Assembly (NCBI GenBank): GCA_012295275.1
Contig: CM022669.1
Location: 4,526,001-4,590,000 of the forward strand
Source of the DNA: Chrysomallon squamiferum
Lineage: Eukaryota; Animalia; Mollusca
Direction: 5' to 3'
DNA length: 64,000 nucleotides
The position numbers were made by a program, and so were the translations under genes. The notes beneath the pieces were generated by a model. That model was not told the DNA's origin and did not search any database. It saw only the letters and a list, made by a program, of their open reading frames with translations. Each line of letters begins with the position of its first letter. The first letter of the stretch is position 1. Shown here piece by piece: positions 14,610 through 29,800 of this stretch.

Positions 14610-16264
14610 CATATATACATCTATCAGTCTATCTCTGTCTCTCATCCATCCATCCATCCATCCATCCATATATATATATATCTGAGTGTATTTGAGTCCT
14701 ATCCATGTATTGTTTCTGTATATATGTAAGGTTTTCAATTTTTTTTCTTTCTTTCTTTGGTACTGGACAATAACTGATTAACTATAACCCAACTGCAATT
14801 AAAGATCAGTTTTATTTTTAACTCTTCACTATTATTACTGTTATGAAGCTGCAAAGCAAGCTGTTACAACTGTGATAGCTGTAAGGAGATTGCTGTACAG
14901 CAATAACTGTACTTCACAATAATCCTATTACATGTTATTTTGTATCTCTAAAGTATTACTCTCTCTCTCTCTCTTGTTATACTCTCTTTTCTCTTTCTCT
15001 TTTGTTCTTATATTATCTTTCTTTGATTCTTTTGTTCTTTCTTTTACTGTCTTTCTCTCTGATTTTCTTTACTTTATCTCTCTATCATTTTACTCTCTGC
15101 TTCTCTTTGTCTTTCTGCCTTTTTGTTGCTATTCTCTCTCATCTGTCTGTCTGCAATTAAAGTAGTGATAGTTTTAGTTTTTGCAGTAACAGTAATAGCA
15201 GTAATATTAGTACTACTAGTAGTAGTTTTGTAGTAATAGTTGTAACAGCAGTATCTGTACTAGAGGGAGCATTTGTAGTAGTAGTTACAGTGTGATAACT
15301 TTGTGTTCGTGATTTAAACCAGAATCAATAAAATAATCACTATGTTTCCAGTACTCTTCATTCACAACTCATAAAAATATTCCAGTCATAATTTTCCCCA
15401 CTAATTTCTTCGTCATAATAATGAACAAAGTCAGAAACTTTAGCCAACAGAAGCAAGCTTCAGCATTTCTAGAACAAAAAAGCTTGCCACCAATAACCTT
15501 CAGTTCATTACATCAAATAATATTGCCTTTTTTTCCCTCTCCGTTTGATCGAAAATTTCAGCAAAGTCAAAGACTGTGTGCATGACAATCAGACTTTAAT
15601 ATTTTTTCAACACCAGCTTTTGTCAGATATTACCCACCCCCACAGTTCATTAGCGATGTAAATAGTCTGATGATAAATATTTTTATTTTCCACTGACTCG
15701 AGTAGAAATCCTCGGCAGACAGACAAGTCATGTGCATGCTGAGATGCATCAATTGTATTACACAACTAATTAATGATGCAGATATTTGAAAAACAGGTTT
15801 AATTGTTATTGGAAACTAAACAGTTCACAAATGTCTCTGTTGCTGTCTAAAACGTTAGAAGCCAATTATGAAATTAATCAAGGTGATCTGAATTATTTCA
15901 AAATGTTTGCGTTATATAAGATTTCAAATCTATATAGACACACATACATGCATATATAACTAACATTCACATATGTACTTATATATACATACACAGAGAC
16001 ACAAGCACAGAAAAACACTGAGAAAAATACAAAACAGAGTCAGTCAGAAAAATAAAAGATGTTGTAAGTTAAGAAATATATACAGACTGGCACACACACA
16101 AGCACACATATACATATACATATACACACACCTATGCACATGCATGCACATAAACACATACATATCTTCACACAGAAATATAAATATATAAACTTCCATC
16201 CATCCTCCCTCCCATATAATTATATTACACAATCTCTCTCTCCTACACTCTTTTTCACTCTCCT

Positions 16265-16269
<5 letters not shown>

Positions 16270-16338
<69 letters not shown>
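16270..16338. repeat. (CT)n microsatellite
   Basis: Pure run. Confidence 0.97.
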
Positions 16339-16342
<4 letters not shown>

Positions 16343-19300
16343 CCATGTATCTTTGTGAAAATTTAAAAAATATATGCATAATTACAGAAGAAAATTAAAA
16401 AGTAACATTAGCAAAGTTTTTTTCATTTCTTCTACCATATTACCCCCTAATACCACTGACTTTTAGAGGAGGCAGTATAAATACTTTAAAAAAATAGATT
16501 TAAAAATCTCAAATTTTCCATCATTTTCAAAAACTAAATTAACACGTTACTTTCTTTTTCATTTCTTTTCTTTCTTTTTTTTAATTCCTTCTTCTTCATT
16601 TTTTTTAATTCCTTCTTCTTCATTTTTTTTTAATTCCTTCTTCCTTTTTTAAATTTTTAATTTTTAATTTTAATTTTTTTATTTTTTATTGGTTTGTGGA
16701 TTTTCCTCTTCTTCTTCTTCTTCTAATTAGTATTCACACATCACTGTATGGACACCTCCGATTAAAAGCAATAAGTCTTTTATAAGCACCTTCCCACCCA
16801 TAAACAGCAAAAATATATGCCTAAACCTATGATAATGTCTTCATGGATTAACAGGAATGGATAAGAGCCCAGAATTTTGTAGAATTGATTTTCTTGCATG
16901 ACTGAAAGTTGGAATAAAAACATGAAGTCACTAATGGCAATTGATCCTGGGACCTAGGGTTAAATATTACAGCTGAAAGAGAAAAAGAAATGGTAATTCT
17001 AGCAAAAGAAGATGTAGAAAGTTTTAATCATGGAAGCTGGTAATGCTAGTAAAACACAGGGCAAACAATAATGGAAATGCTGGAGTGAGACTAACATAAA
17101 GCTGTCACGCACTCTCGTTTTAAACTTCATTTTCACTGATTAAAAACAAATCTCAGATTACTTCTGCTTAAACCAGGTAATGAGGATGCATATTAAAGAG
17201 AAAAACAAAGGAAAAAGCAAAAGTATGAAAGCATGAAAGAGAAATATGAAAAGAAAAAGAAATTATAAATAGAAAAAAAAAAGAAAAGGAAAGAAAGAAG
17301 AGAAAGAGAAAAAGAAAAAGATTATGACAATAAGAAAGAAAAAAGGAAAGGAAGAAAACAAAAAGAAAGAAAATAACAAAAGATAAAAGGAAAGAAAGAA
17401 AAATAAAGATTAAAAAACTACATTTTTTGTTAACAACAATAATTATAACATCAATATTATTAAAAATAATAACAGTAATAATTATAATATCAAAAATAGT
17501 AATAATAATATCAATAATAATAATAGCATTAATATCAATAATAATAATAATAGCAACAATAATACAATAATCATAATTATATCATCAATAGCAATAATAT
17601 CAATAATATAATAATAAAAAGTCAAATGGAGAAGAAAAAGAAAAGGATATTAAACAAAAGGAAAAAGATATTAGAAAAAGAAAAAGCAATAAGTGAGACA
17701 TGTGCCTAGTGACGTTGAGATCAATGATGTTGCACAAGTGACTGGATTGTTTATTACAGATCAATCTACTCTGAGACTTGTTATTTTTTCACTCTTTCAT
17801 TATCTGTGCTATCTCCCAATCAAGAGAAGTCAGAAGTGAGTGCGCCAAGTGAGGCAAACATAGGGTAAGCTGTCATTGGGTAAACATAAAATTGGAATTA
17901 GAGAAATTAACGAACCAAAAAATATTAATAATAATTTTTTTAAAAATATGGAAAATAAAAGAAAAAGAAGGAGATAGTAGAAAAGAAAATAACTAAAATA
18001 ATAATATAATTTTAATAAAAATCAAATCTTGAAAAATGTAAATTTTTTCTGTTTTTGTTTAACAATAACAACAACAACAACAAAAAACCCACCAGCAGCA
18101 GCAACAACAACAAAAACAATAATAATAATAATAATAAAATTTGAATACTAGTAGTAATTATAATATGTTAAAATAATAATGTTAAATTATTTTATATTTA
18201 TCCTTAATTCAACCTTCCATTAGACAGCAGGTTTAACGAAAGGGTAAAACAAAAAGTGAGAGAATTTTTCCTCATATGTAAGTAGTAAAATCATTTGAAA
18301 TAAATTTCATTTCTCAGTTTAAAAAAACTCATCTATTGGTTTATCTTTGAAAAATAATGACAAAGAAAATATAAAGTAAAAAGAAAGTATTCAAGATAAA
18401 AATCAGAAGAATAAGAAGCAGAAGAAACAAACAAAACAAAGAAGGTGAACAAGAAGAAAATTATAAAAGAAGAATGTTAAGAAAAATAATAAAATGGAAA
18501 AGGATTAATAATTATAAAAAGATAGAATAAATGGATGAAGAACAAAAAAAAGTAAAAAAATGAAAAAGAAAATGAAGATAAAATATGAAAAACAAAAAAA
18601 CAAAAACAATAATAAAGAGAAAAAGAAGAACAAAAACTATAACAAAAACAAAAAGAAAAAACAGTAAGAAAAAGAAAAAGAACCAAAACAATAAGAAAAA
18701 CAAAAACAAAAAACAATAATAAAGAGAAAAAGAAGAACAAAAACAATAAGAAAAAGAAAAATTGGAACAAAAAGGACAATAAGAAGGAAAGGAGGAAATA
18801 AAAACAAAGAAGAAGACAAAGGAAGTGAGTGTGTTACAGTGTTAAGTATGTAAGTGTCAGTGAAGAGAGTCAGTTAGTTCTCTATGGTATTAACTTATAA
18901 CTGTGTGTGTTTCTTTCCGTCAAAGTTCACCACTGCTGACACAAACAAAATTATCTCCAAATCAACAGCTATGACATCACTGAAATAAACATCCTAAAAC
19001 AATAATATAAAAATATATGCACGTTGAACACACAGATGAAGAAATTACAGAGACAAAAAAAAAATGCAGAAAACAATTGAAGAACAAAAATAAAATTTAA
19101 AAAAGTAAAACTGAGACTTGGGATATCAGCTGTGTAATGATGGCAGGTGATGATGAAGTTAGAGTGTTCTTGAAATACTCGAGTATCACTGTTTAATTCA
19201 GTCTGAAGAACTTATTATTGATCTTCTGACATTTAAATAAGTAGAATGGTGCACTATAGAATGCTATTTTGCATTCAAAATATAGCATAGAATAGATTTT

Positions 19301-19415
19301 TCAACAAAAAAAAAAAGACAAAAATGAAAATAAGCAGCCGTATCTTTTACATTTATCTTTACATATTGATAAACCTGTGATAAAGCAATCATTAGAACTG
19401 GCAAATGCCCAATGC

Positions 19416-19480
19416 AGACCTACAGAACATTTGATCCTGCAACTTGCCACATGTCATGTAAGTTCTCTAGCACTGAACTA
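19416..19480 (-). mobile_element. Decayed tRNA-derived SINE head
   Basis: Minus strand reads tagttcagtgctagag (A-box-like) ... ggatcaaatg (B-box-like) at tRNA-like spacing; no cloverleaf. Confidence 0.45.
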
Positions 19481-19660
19481 TAGTTTATTAAAGACAGCTT
19501 TCAGTGAGTTAACTTTGAATTGTGGCATACAGGTAGAGTCTGCAATCAAACTGTAATTTAGTAGTTTATTAAAGACAGCTTTCAGTGAGTTAACTTTGAA
19601 TTGTGGCATACAGGTAGAGTCTGCAGTCAAACTGTAATTTAGTAGTTTTAAAGACAGTTT
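19481..19660. repeat. 81-bp tandem duplication (2 near-identical copies plus a partial third)
   Basis: tagtttattaaagacagctttcagtgag... starts at 19481 and 19562, with a partial copy at 19643. Confidence 0.95.
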
Positions 19661-20086
19661 TAGTTATCAGTCTGTTGTGCTGCAGTTACAGGCAGTGCAC
19701 TGAGATCTGTAGAACTGGTTCCCAGTGAGAGCTAAGTGAGGTGGTGTAAAATCACTAGAGCTTCTCTTCTGAACAAGAGTCTAACACACCACCACTAACA
19801 CTGTACTGAGCTGCCTTACAAGATACTCAAATTAGAAATGTTTCTAATAACAGATTCTAAAACATGCATAAATCATTAGGTCACACTCATAAACAAGCAA
19901 GTTAATTTTAATTCTGAAATCATCTAAATCTCAATTATTGTCAAAACCTTTTGATATTACCCATTCAAGACATTACCCAGAGTGTTTAATATACACCAAT
20001 ACTTACATACATACATGAAACACACACACACAACACAGATGCACAGGACATAAGAAAACAATAATTCTCATAGATGTTTACATATA

Positions 20087-20118
<32 letters not shown>

Positions 20119-20629
20119 TACAACTACTTTTAAAACGTGCACACAAACACACACATGCAAGTTAAAACTGGTTTTAAAATGTACACAATAACATACATCT
20201 AAAAACATGCACCCAGACACACACTTACATTAAAACCAGTCCCAAGACACCGAGACACACACACACACACACACACACAGACCAACACCCACACAAACAG
20301 ACAGACACAGACTTGTATGTAATCAGCTGACAGTGAAGTGAACAAACTCAAACAGACAGCTGCGACACCGAGTCCTCTCCAAATGACAAAGCTTACATCA
20401 AGTGAAACACACTCATCAATTTACAAAGAGATCAATTACAAGCAAATTCAGTTCCTACCCAGGAGAAACTGTGATTAGTTCAACTGTATTTATTATCACA
20501 GAGTCAGAGCTAACCATCAGCATGTTTTCACTTTCAATTTACTTCACGCTCACACTGATCAAAGATGGATGCTGGCCTCCATGGTTTGTTTCAGCAGAAG
20601 CCAGGTTTTTGTATAAAGAATATATTTAC

Positions 20630-21100
20630 GAGTAATTACATACCAGCAATGTTTTAAATTTTCAATTTCTTTCAAGCTGTGATCAAAGGTTCAGGCATGC
20701 TTTTCTGGTCCATTTTAGAAGAAGAAGAAGAAGAATAAGAAGCCAGATTTGGTATATGTAGGATGTATTCAGTAGAAATTAATTACCAGAATTTTTTTCT
20801 ATTAATTTCAAACTGTGATCTAAGCTACAAGAATGCTCTCATATGGAAGAAACTTAATGTTGTATGTTAAGATTTAAAAGAAATTAACTATTACAGAAGT
20901 AATTAACTACAAGCAAACTTTCAGATTCAGTCTATTATCAAATGTAACAAGAATGCTTTACATGGTCTTTACTATGAGAAGTCAGATTTGATCCAAATTA
21001 TATTGTAATTACTTACCAGTCATTTTTCTTTTTGATTTATTTCAAACTCTTATCATATGCACAAGCACACATTCTATGGTCAGTTATAGACAGAACTGTA
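20630..21100. repeat. Degenerate tandem repeat of about 120 bp, 3-4 copies
   Basis: Recurring gtaattac(t/a)taccag...atttcaa(a/g)ctgtgatc...caagaatgct...atggtc. Confidence 0.65.
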
Positions 21101-22739
21101 TATGTTTATGTACAGGACAAGTGAGGACACACTTTGGAGCTAATGCTGTTAAAATAGTAAACTCTGCATGGTCAGTTATTACTGTCTGTATATTATGAAC
21201 TGGTCTTGACAATCAAGAATATTTTATCATTCACTACACTAACAATCATGGTTCTGAAACTTTGGCTCTGGGTAATTTTTGATAAACTTATATCAGAGGG
21301 CTGTTCAGATACCCTTGACCTGAACATGACCTCTCACCTCTGGAAGTTATGGCCAAAGTAAAAGTCATGAAACATGTGCCTTAGACAAAAAAGGAATAGG
21401 CCAGGATTTAATGTTAGAGTGCTGCCCAAGGAACTGCAGTTCCTCTTCTCTGCACATATAGCATTATTTCCCAATCCAACCAGAGAACCAAGACTGTTTA
21501 TCAAAGACCACAGAATTTTGTTTTTACTGTTCATGTGATGGTGCACGTAAAGGTTTGTTTTTGCTAATTGGAAGGAATAGCTGTAGAGAACGACATCAGA
21601 GTTCTATTAAAACAACATAACTGTCACTTTTAAGATGTGTTGTGGGTCATTATAATAATAATAATAACATTAAATGTTTAATTATTATTATTGCTGTTAT
21701 TGTTGTTGTTATGATTATTTTATTACTGTTATTAATATGATTGTTGCCATTATTTTATTAGTTATCATTATTTTATTTTTGTTGTTATTATTACTATCAT
21801 TTTTTACTTATTATTATTATTGGTGTTATTATTTTGTTGTTGCTGTTATTATTATCATCATCATCATCATAATCATCATTCACTTATTTATTCTGATATT
21901 TTACTTACTATCATCGTCATGAATCAAAAGTACAAAGTTGCTCAGTTTTTTACAGTTATAATATTGATTTCAACATCTCTAAAGCATGTCTGACTTTATA
22001 ACTGTGAAAAAAAACAAAGAATATGGAGAGAAAATTGAATTCCAAGTTATCAGACATCTACTATCTAATTATGATATGCATGGAAGCCAGAAATCAAATA
22101 ACTACTTCTTGTAAGATTCAATCGTATTGAAGTAAAATAAAGATGGCGTGTGCAAACACGCAAACAGTGTTTTTGTTTCTAAAAACAATTTTTTTCTTGA
22201 TGTAAGATAGTTCAATTCAATTAGGCAGCAAATAAAAAGATTGAGCAACATGCAAAGCAAAATTAGAAAGAATAATTTTCTAAAAAAGTTTACTTCAAAA
22301 AACCAAAATATAGAGTATTTTTTCTCTTTTCTTTATTGTTCATTCTTGTATATATGATTTTTTTATGTTACATCAGAAGTTAGCTGTCATTTAATAATAA
22401 AACTCTCATCCAGTGAGTTTGCTGATCAGTTCTTCATGCTGTACAAAACAGCAAATTTCCCATTCCAGAGCATACTCCATATCTGGTGAATTATACAGAA
22501 TGGTTTGTGTTTTCTCGTGTTATCTAAAGAACACTGCTGATTTTTTGTACAGTAACCCTTTCAGGTTTCTTCTTCCTTTTCTAGTCTCTACAAAATTATT
22601 ACAGTGACACCTGATAACAATTAATATATAAAAAAAAAATGTTGAGATTACTTCATCTTTCTGTTTATAAATATGCTCATTTTTCATTTTCCTCAATTTT
22701 GCAAACCATATCTAAAACTACAGATCTGTTTTCCTCAAT

Positions 22740-22801
22740 CAAAACACACACGCACAAACACATACAAAAATATACATACTCAAACATGTATGCACATACA
22801 A

Positions 22802-22833
<32 letters not shown>

Positions 22834-22980
22834 ACAAATACAAAAGCAAACACACAAACACACACACATACACACAAATACAAAAGCAAACACACACACA
22901 CAAAACATACACATACACACATACATACACCAAAACACTGAATACACACACACATTCACAAACACATAAAAATACACACC
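22740..22980. repeat. CA-rich low-complexity tract
   Basis: Imperfect (CA)n. Confidence 0.9.
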
Positions 22981-23337
22981 AGAAAACAAAACAAAAATTT
23001 TAATTTTGAATAAAAATAAAAATGAATATAAATAATGAAATAAAAATTGAAAAACAGATGCCTCCTCAAATAAAACCTCCAAAAATAATAAATAAAAAAG
23101 TAAAAAATAAATTTAAAAAAAAGCTTGTCAGTTACAAGCTAATTAATGTCCATGTACAACAATAGATTCTTTGTAGTTAAATTATTTAGTTGTGTGGTCT
23201 GTAACAGACTGTGAAAAAATTACACATGCAAGACATGAACAGGTGAAAAAACAGTTTAAAAATAGTCATGAACTGCCACATATTTCTAAATATATTTTAT
23301 AGGTACTTGGGTGAACATTAAGTCAAATAAGTACTGT

Positions 23338-23665
23338 TATGTATGTATGTATGTATGTATGTATGTATGTATGTATGTATGTTTGAAGTAAACATTATGT
23401 ATAACATTATATTTATAAACAATAGGTATGTGTGTATATATATGTACGCATATTATATGTATGATACTTTTATGTATGTATATATAAGTTTATATGTGCA
23501 TGTATGTTTGTTTATATGTATGTGCATGTGTGTATGTATATATGTGTGTGTGTATGTATATATGTATGTATATATGTATATATGTATGTATTATTGTATA
23601 TATGTATGTATGTATGTAAACATTATGTATAACATTATATGTAACATTATATTTATAAACAATAA
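23338..23665. repeat. (TATG)n-rich low-complexity tract
   Basis: Visible; includes repeated gtaaacattatgtataacattatat sub-blocks. Confidence 0.9.
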
Positions 23666-24332
23666 TAAATAAATAAATAAATAAAACAATTAATTAGCTG
23701 ACTTCATCACTGTTGGTAAGTAATTTCTCAGCTGACAAGAACTGGTCAGGCAGTGACACCTTCAGGTGACAGTTTAGAGTTATCTACCCTTGTAACACAG
23801 TGATACTTGCTGCATACACAGAGAAAGTGGTCTAAATGCACCAAACATCCACAGAAGGTCACAGAGATTTCAAAGTAGGTTGATGTATTGTCTAACATTT
23901 GTCATCTGGCTGACTATCAAACAATAAGTACCTTCTTGGATAGCCAGAGTAAAATGTTAGCGGAGTTTGACTTAAGTTAATCAAGTAGAAATGATGAAAC
24001 TAAAGTCAATGAAGTAATAGATTTAGTTTTCTTCTTCCACTGCAAGTGTGTGTGTATGTGTGTGTGAGTGTGTGTGAGTGTGTGTGTATAACATTATATT
24101 TATAAACAATAGGTATGTGTGTATATATGTACGCATATTATATGTATGATACTTTTATGTATGTATATATAAGTTCATAGGAATGTATGGATACACATTG
24201 TAACATGTTTAGTGTGTGTGTCTATGTGTCTGTGTATGTGTCTGTATTCACAGTTGTGTTGTATGAAGTAGTTCTAGTAGTAGTAACAGTAATGTTTAAG
24301 CTGTTACATTTGAAAAATGATCTTTAAAATAA

Positions 24333-24363
<31 letters not shown>

Positions 24364-24557
24364 TCATAATAAAAAAATAAAAAAGTGAAAAGGATTTCTT
24401 CAGATAATTATAGTTTTGTGACTAAGTGTGTAAAAAGTATATATAACTATCTGTTATCATAAAACAAAAAAAATAAAAAAACATATACAGAAATACATTG
24501 CATTCCAAATATAGACATGCATACACAAATACAAACAAAAAGATCTAAAGACACACA

Positions 24558-24595
<38 letters not shown>

Positions 24596-25108
24596 ATCAC
24601 AGAAATACACTAACAGACACAGACATAGACAAACACACAAACACACAGTCACAAAATATCCATGAAACAGAAAATCAGTGTAATAAAGTATTAAAAGAAT
24701 CACAGAGTCTTGTTTATTTTTTCATTTCGTGACCACACCTAATGAAATGAGTTGTATTCTGCAGTATCACTTTCAACCAATTTCTCTCCATTTGTACCCA
24801 TCACTCACTCTGTTGAAAAAACAACACTTCCACAAATTAAATAAAATTAACTAAAAGCAGGGAATGTATGCACCCTCAGGCCAGTTTTTTTTTTTTTTAT
24901 ATAATAATAATAATTATTTCAATTGCCTTTTTTTTTTTAAAGTTTATTTGACATGAAGTAATAACTGAAAAAAAAAAAAATAATAATATAAATAAATAAA
25001 TTAAATATAATCATGAGGACATTTTCTTACATGTTATTGAATTAACTCAGATTTATTTTTATTTATTTATTTATTTATTTTTTTTGTTTTTTTCATTAAT
25101 AATAATAA

Positions 25109-25139
<31 letters not shown>

Positions 25140-27524
25140 AAGAAGAAGAAGAAAAGAAAATTAAACCATACATATAAAAAGAACATTCAGCAGCACTATC
25201 TGGTTCACAACATTTTAAAATTTTTTTCATCACCTTTTCTGATTCTCTGAGTGTTAAAATCCCACCTATTTCCCTCTCCAGAATACATGTCTGCTGTATA
25301 TGGGAAGGTGTATGCAATGGATATCTTGCTTGTAAAGAAAAAAAAAAAAATAAAATAAAAATACAATAAAATAAAAAAAAAAAAGTTAAAATAAGAAAAA
25401 AAAAATTAAAATAACTTAAAATAAAATAAAATAAAATCTAAAAATAAATAAAAAAACAAAACAAAAGTCTGATTGAACTATTTCAGTACCTAAGAGAATT
25501 CTTAACGACAGTACCAAATTGTACTCAAGTGGAAATGAGATTCTGTAGAATGGGAAAAAATAGAATTAAAAAGGACTCTCAAGAACAAGCAGTGAGATAC
25601 TCAAAGTGTCACTTAGATCACTTCGATGTAAAACTGTGACATTTAATCATCTCAGTGGGTCATTAACAACTACAACTACACTGCCATGATCAACAGACAC
25701 GTTGTTTCCTTAGAACAAAACACTAATGACACATCTGTTAAAAAAAATATGTATAATATGTCAAAAAAACTGTTTTTAATGTCAAAAATGTTTAATGATA
25801 ATCTTAAAAATATTAGTAGTATTGTTTAAAGAATTAATTATGTTGTTTAAAAATTAAGAATACTGTTAAAAACTGTAATACTGTTTTAAAAAGAATATTG
25901 ATAAAAAATAAATAAATAAATGAATATGTGAATGAATGACAAAATAAATAAATAAATGAATATGTGAATGAATGACAAAATAAATAAATAAGTAAATAAA
26001 TAAATAATAAAATAAATAAGCAAATAAATAAATAATAAAATAAATAAAAAAACTAACAAAAAAAAAAAAACTAACTCAACTGAATAAAAAAAAAATAATA
26101 AATAAAAAAAAAAAAAAAATAAGTAAGTGAATAAAAAAAATAATAATAATAAATAACAAATGAAAAAAAAAAAAATAAAAAAATAAATAAATAAATAAAT
26201 AAATAAAAGATAAAAAAAAAAAAAACATGAAAACTTTGGTGATAAGAAAAGACTTTAACCAGGGAATGAAAAGAAAATTAAGAAGCAATTACAAAGACAC
26301 TCTGCACTGCGAGTATGAATCTCACACCAGTAATTGCTGAACTCAAACATCTGCTGTCCTCCAGATATCAGAATATCCCACATCATCGTCTGAGTGACAG
26401 ATAGGAAAAAGAAATGAAAATGAAGAAGAAGAAAAAACACAAATCTAAATTTAAATGTCTTCATTCAGCGTAATTTATGGGCAAGCATCAAACTTTATTC
26501 AAATTATTCTTTTTATTTTTCTAAAATTTTCCTATCTGGCAGAACATGTCTTTAAAAGATATTTTGGAAAGATTAAATTAAAATGCTTTGAAGTGCATTT
26601 GCTCTTGATGTACTGGTTGGAGTATTTGACATGTGGGAATCATTGGGTCAAATCTTAATAAGTCAGTTTATACTCACTGAGCTAATAAAGATGATTTTAA
26701 AACAACACATTCTTTTCTCTCTAACATTCTAACAAACCAACATCCTATAAAACTATCTCAATAAGGTCAGTCTCTAACACTAACATACTGACACTACATC
26801 AGGCTAATAACCAAGGTTTCTTAAATAGGTGCCCACAATGTATGTGCCTTAACCACTAGTGGATTAATTCACAATTTAAACAGTTGATGTAGAAACTATT
26901 CAGTGGAAATTAAGGAGAAATTAAAGTTAATATAAACCTGTGAGAAAATTGCAACATCCACAAAATTTCATGATAAGTTTAACATACTGTCATACTTTTT
27001 GATCAACAAAGTTTGGCCAACATGAAATGATGTACCAAATCAAAAATATAGAAAATATATTGAAGCCATTCTATTCATTGCATGTTAAAGCTACCTGTGT
27101 CATTCCATATTCCTAATTATAAGCTACACTTCAAGCTTATAACAATTTCTTTTGTTTCTGACTAATTCTCTAACATACTAACTGAACCACTGTTTCAGGC
27201 AAGCCCAGACTTCCAGTGTTAGTGCACAGGACATAAAGACTTCAGTGTGTATTTGTAACATGAAAGTTGAAGGTGAAGTGAGGTTACAGCCACCCTGTGG
27301 TAATAATAAAATAAGTGATAATTAAATGTTATTATTTTTCATTCGAAATTGCGATACTAGTAATTATTGGGGAACACGAGGCTGTAATTCAGATGTTTGT
27401 CAGATATTTATACAGCAGTAACAGACAAATTGTGATTATTTTTTAGTGCACTTTTATGCGTATGTGACAGAGTGAGAGAGAACATGGGAGAGAGTCAGAG
27501 AGAGTGTGAAGATTTCTGTGTAAG

Positions 27525-27579
<55 letters not shown>

Positions 27580-27701
27580 GTTGTAAATGCCTGCATATGT
27601 AATGATATAAAACAAAGAAATCTACGCCTTGTTTTTTTACAGGAAATTATAATCAAGAACTAATCAGTGACAGTGGTAAGAACCTGACTGTACCAGTCAG
27701 C

Positions 27702-27736
<35 letters not shown>

Positions 27737-28744
27737 TACCTGTGTTGAAACACAGCACTGATTGACACAGGAACAAAACAAACAGTGCACTGTACTGTAC
27801 AGACAGTGGATGGCAAATTACATCTGTGAAATATTTACTACAACAGCCTGACAGTGTGAAGTCATCAATGCAGGTGTTTTTAAAAATAGAGACAATGGCT
27901 TAACGAGTTTTATTATTAATTCATTGTGAGGGATTTATCTATGAGAACATTCAATTTAATTGAATGAATAATCAATGTTTTCAGTAAAGAAATCATAAAA
28001 ATAATTGTAGTTCTATAGAACAGACACACACACACACACAGACATACACACACATACATACTGAGACAGTTTCACACACACATACACACTCCATATAAAC
28101 ACAATAACATACACACACATACACCAAAACACACATACACACACACACCCATACACTCATACACACACACATGCACATACACATACCATACACACATACA
28201 CACACACCCACACTCATACACACACACACCATACACCACACACACATACACACATATACCATACAGACATACATATCGCGTGCCCTGGGTTAAACATTAA
28301 CTTCAGTGCACTAGCTTCTGAGTCTAAAGATAATAATAATAATGTCTATACTGCCATTTTCTTACATGATACCAATCAACAATTAAATTATTAATAACAC
28401 CAGTGAAATAAACTCTGTAGTTTTAGAAGTCTCAAAGCTTTGTGGAAGCATATAAACAGTTAAAACAAAAAGAAAAAAAGAACAAGTGATAACAGGAAGG
28501 AAAGAAGTAGAAACAGAGAGAAACAGAAAAATATAATAATAGAAAATCATAAAGAGACCTTGTGAAGAGAGAGAGAAACAAAAAAAAAACAGAAAGAAAG
28601 AGAAAGAAATAGGGGAGAGATGGAGATGGTGAGTGGGGATGAGAAAGACAGAAAGGAAAAGAAAAAGAAAGAAAGAGAAATAAAAGCCTAGAAATATAGA
28701 GTCATAGACATATAAATAATAAAAAGTAATTTTTCTTTCAAAAA

Positions 28745-28782
<38 letters not shown>

Positions 28783-29719
28783 TTCTGAAAATATAGTATC
28801 ATTTGAAAAACAAATGAAAAATATTAAAATAATTATTTATATCTACTGATTAACTTATTATTTTATTATTCACCATTCTTCCATGAAGATATCAGATAGA
28901 AATTAATTTACCACCATTAAAAAAATAATAATAATAATATTGAAAAAAATTAATATAGCTGGCAAATTTTTCTGTACGCCTTAGTGACAGAGCAGTAACA
29001 ATGTCACACTTGGGCTGGGGCCTCCAGCGAAGTAGGTAGTCATGTGACAAATCAGACATTTTGTATCAGACAAATAAAGCAGTGATGTGGACAAGACACT
29101 GGCACAGATAAACCAACCAGAAAACAAAAAAGATTTTACTAAGGAAGAAGGAGAGAAAAAAAAAAATAAAGACAAGAAATTAAAATAATAGAAAAAAAAT
29201 ATGTATAACTAGACCTATATAGTTTGTACACTCATGTGAAGGTGTCCTTGAAGATCCAAAAGATAAAAAAAAAAAAAAAAAAAAACATCAAATGGAAAAG
29301 AAATAAAAATAACCATTTGATTATTTCTGAGTCAGGATACCAAGATTTGAATGCTTGTCTTAAATGTTTGATTTTAAAAACAAAAATAATTAAATTACAC
29401 TAAATAATGTTGAAGAAACTGTCATCATTTGTTTAACAAAATGTCAGTATATTTTAGTTTTAACAATTTTAGATAATTACACAGGCTGCTGTTTGTGCCT
29501 GTAGTGACACAACTTAGAGGTCACAGTGCAATGAATTATAACACTACTGTGCCACATGTCCATCAGTTCATATATGTTTCTAATATGCAGTCAATATTTA
29601 AAGGATCAAAAATCTAAATTTTCTAGAAAGTTCTAAGACTGGTCAAATTTAGACTGTGGCTCATCACTAGTGTGAGCTAACAAAAATCTGTTTCATACTC
29701 CTTAACAGACTTCTTACAC

Positions 29720-29800
29720 TGTAACCTATTTTCTGTTCCATCTAGTACAAAAAGACATGTTTATCAAACATCATGGTATGTGATGTCCTGCACATGGGGA
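29720..29800 (+). mobile_element. Probable decayed SINE body fragment
   Basis: ctattttctgttccatctagt...tgtttatcaaa...catggtatgtg..tcctg loosely resembles the tttcccaatccaaccag...ctgtttatcaaag fragment at 21464-21510. Confidence 0.35.

Noticed and set aside
27740-27823. 84-nt minus-strand segment bounded by ttcacag| and |gtaatg (phase 2-2 compatible)
   Set aside because: The translation (CNLPSTVCTVQC…) shows no FOCAD similarity; such pseudo-exons are expected by chance.
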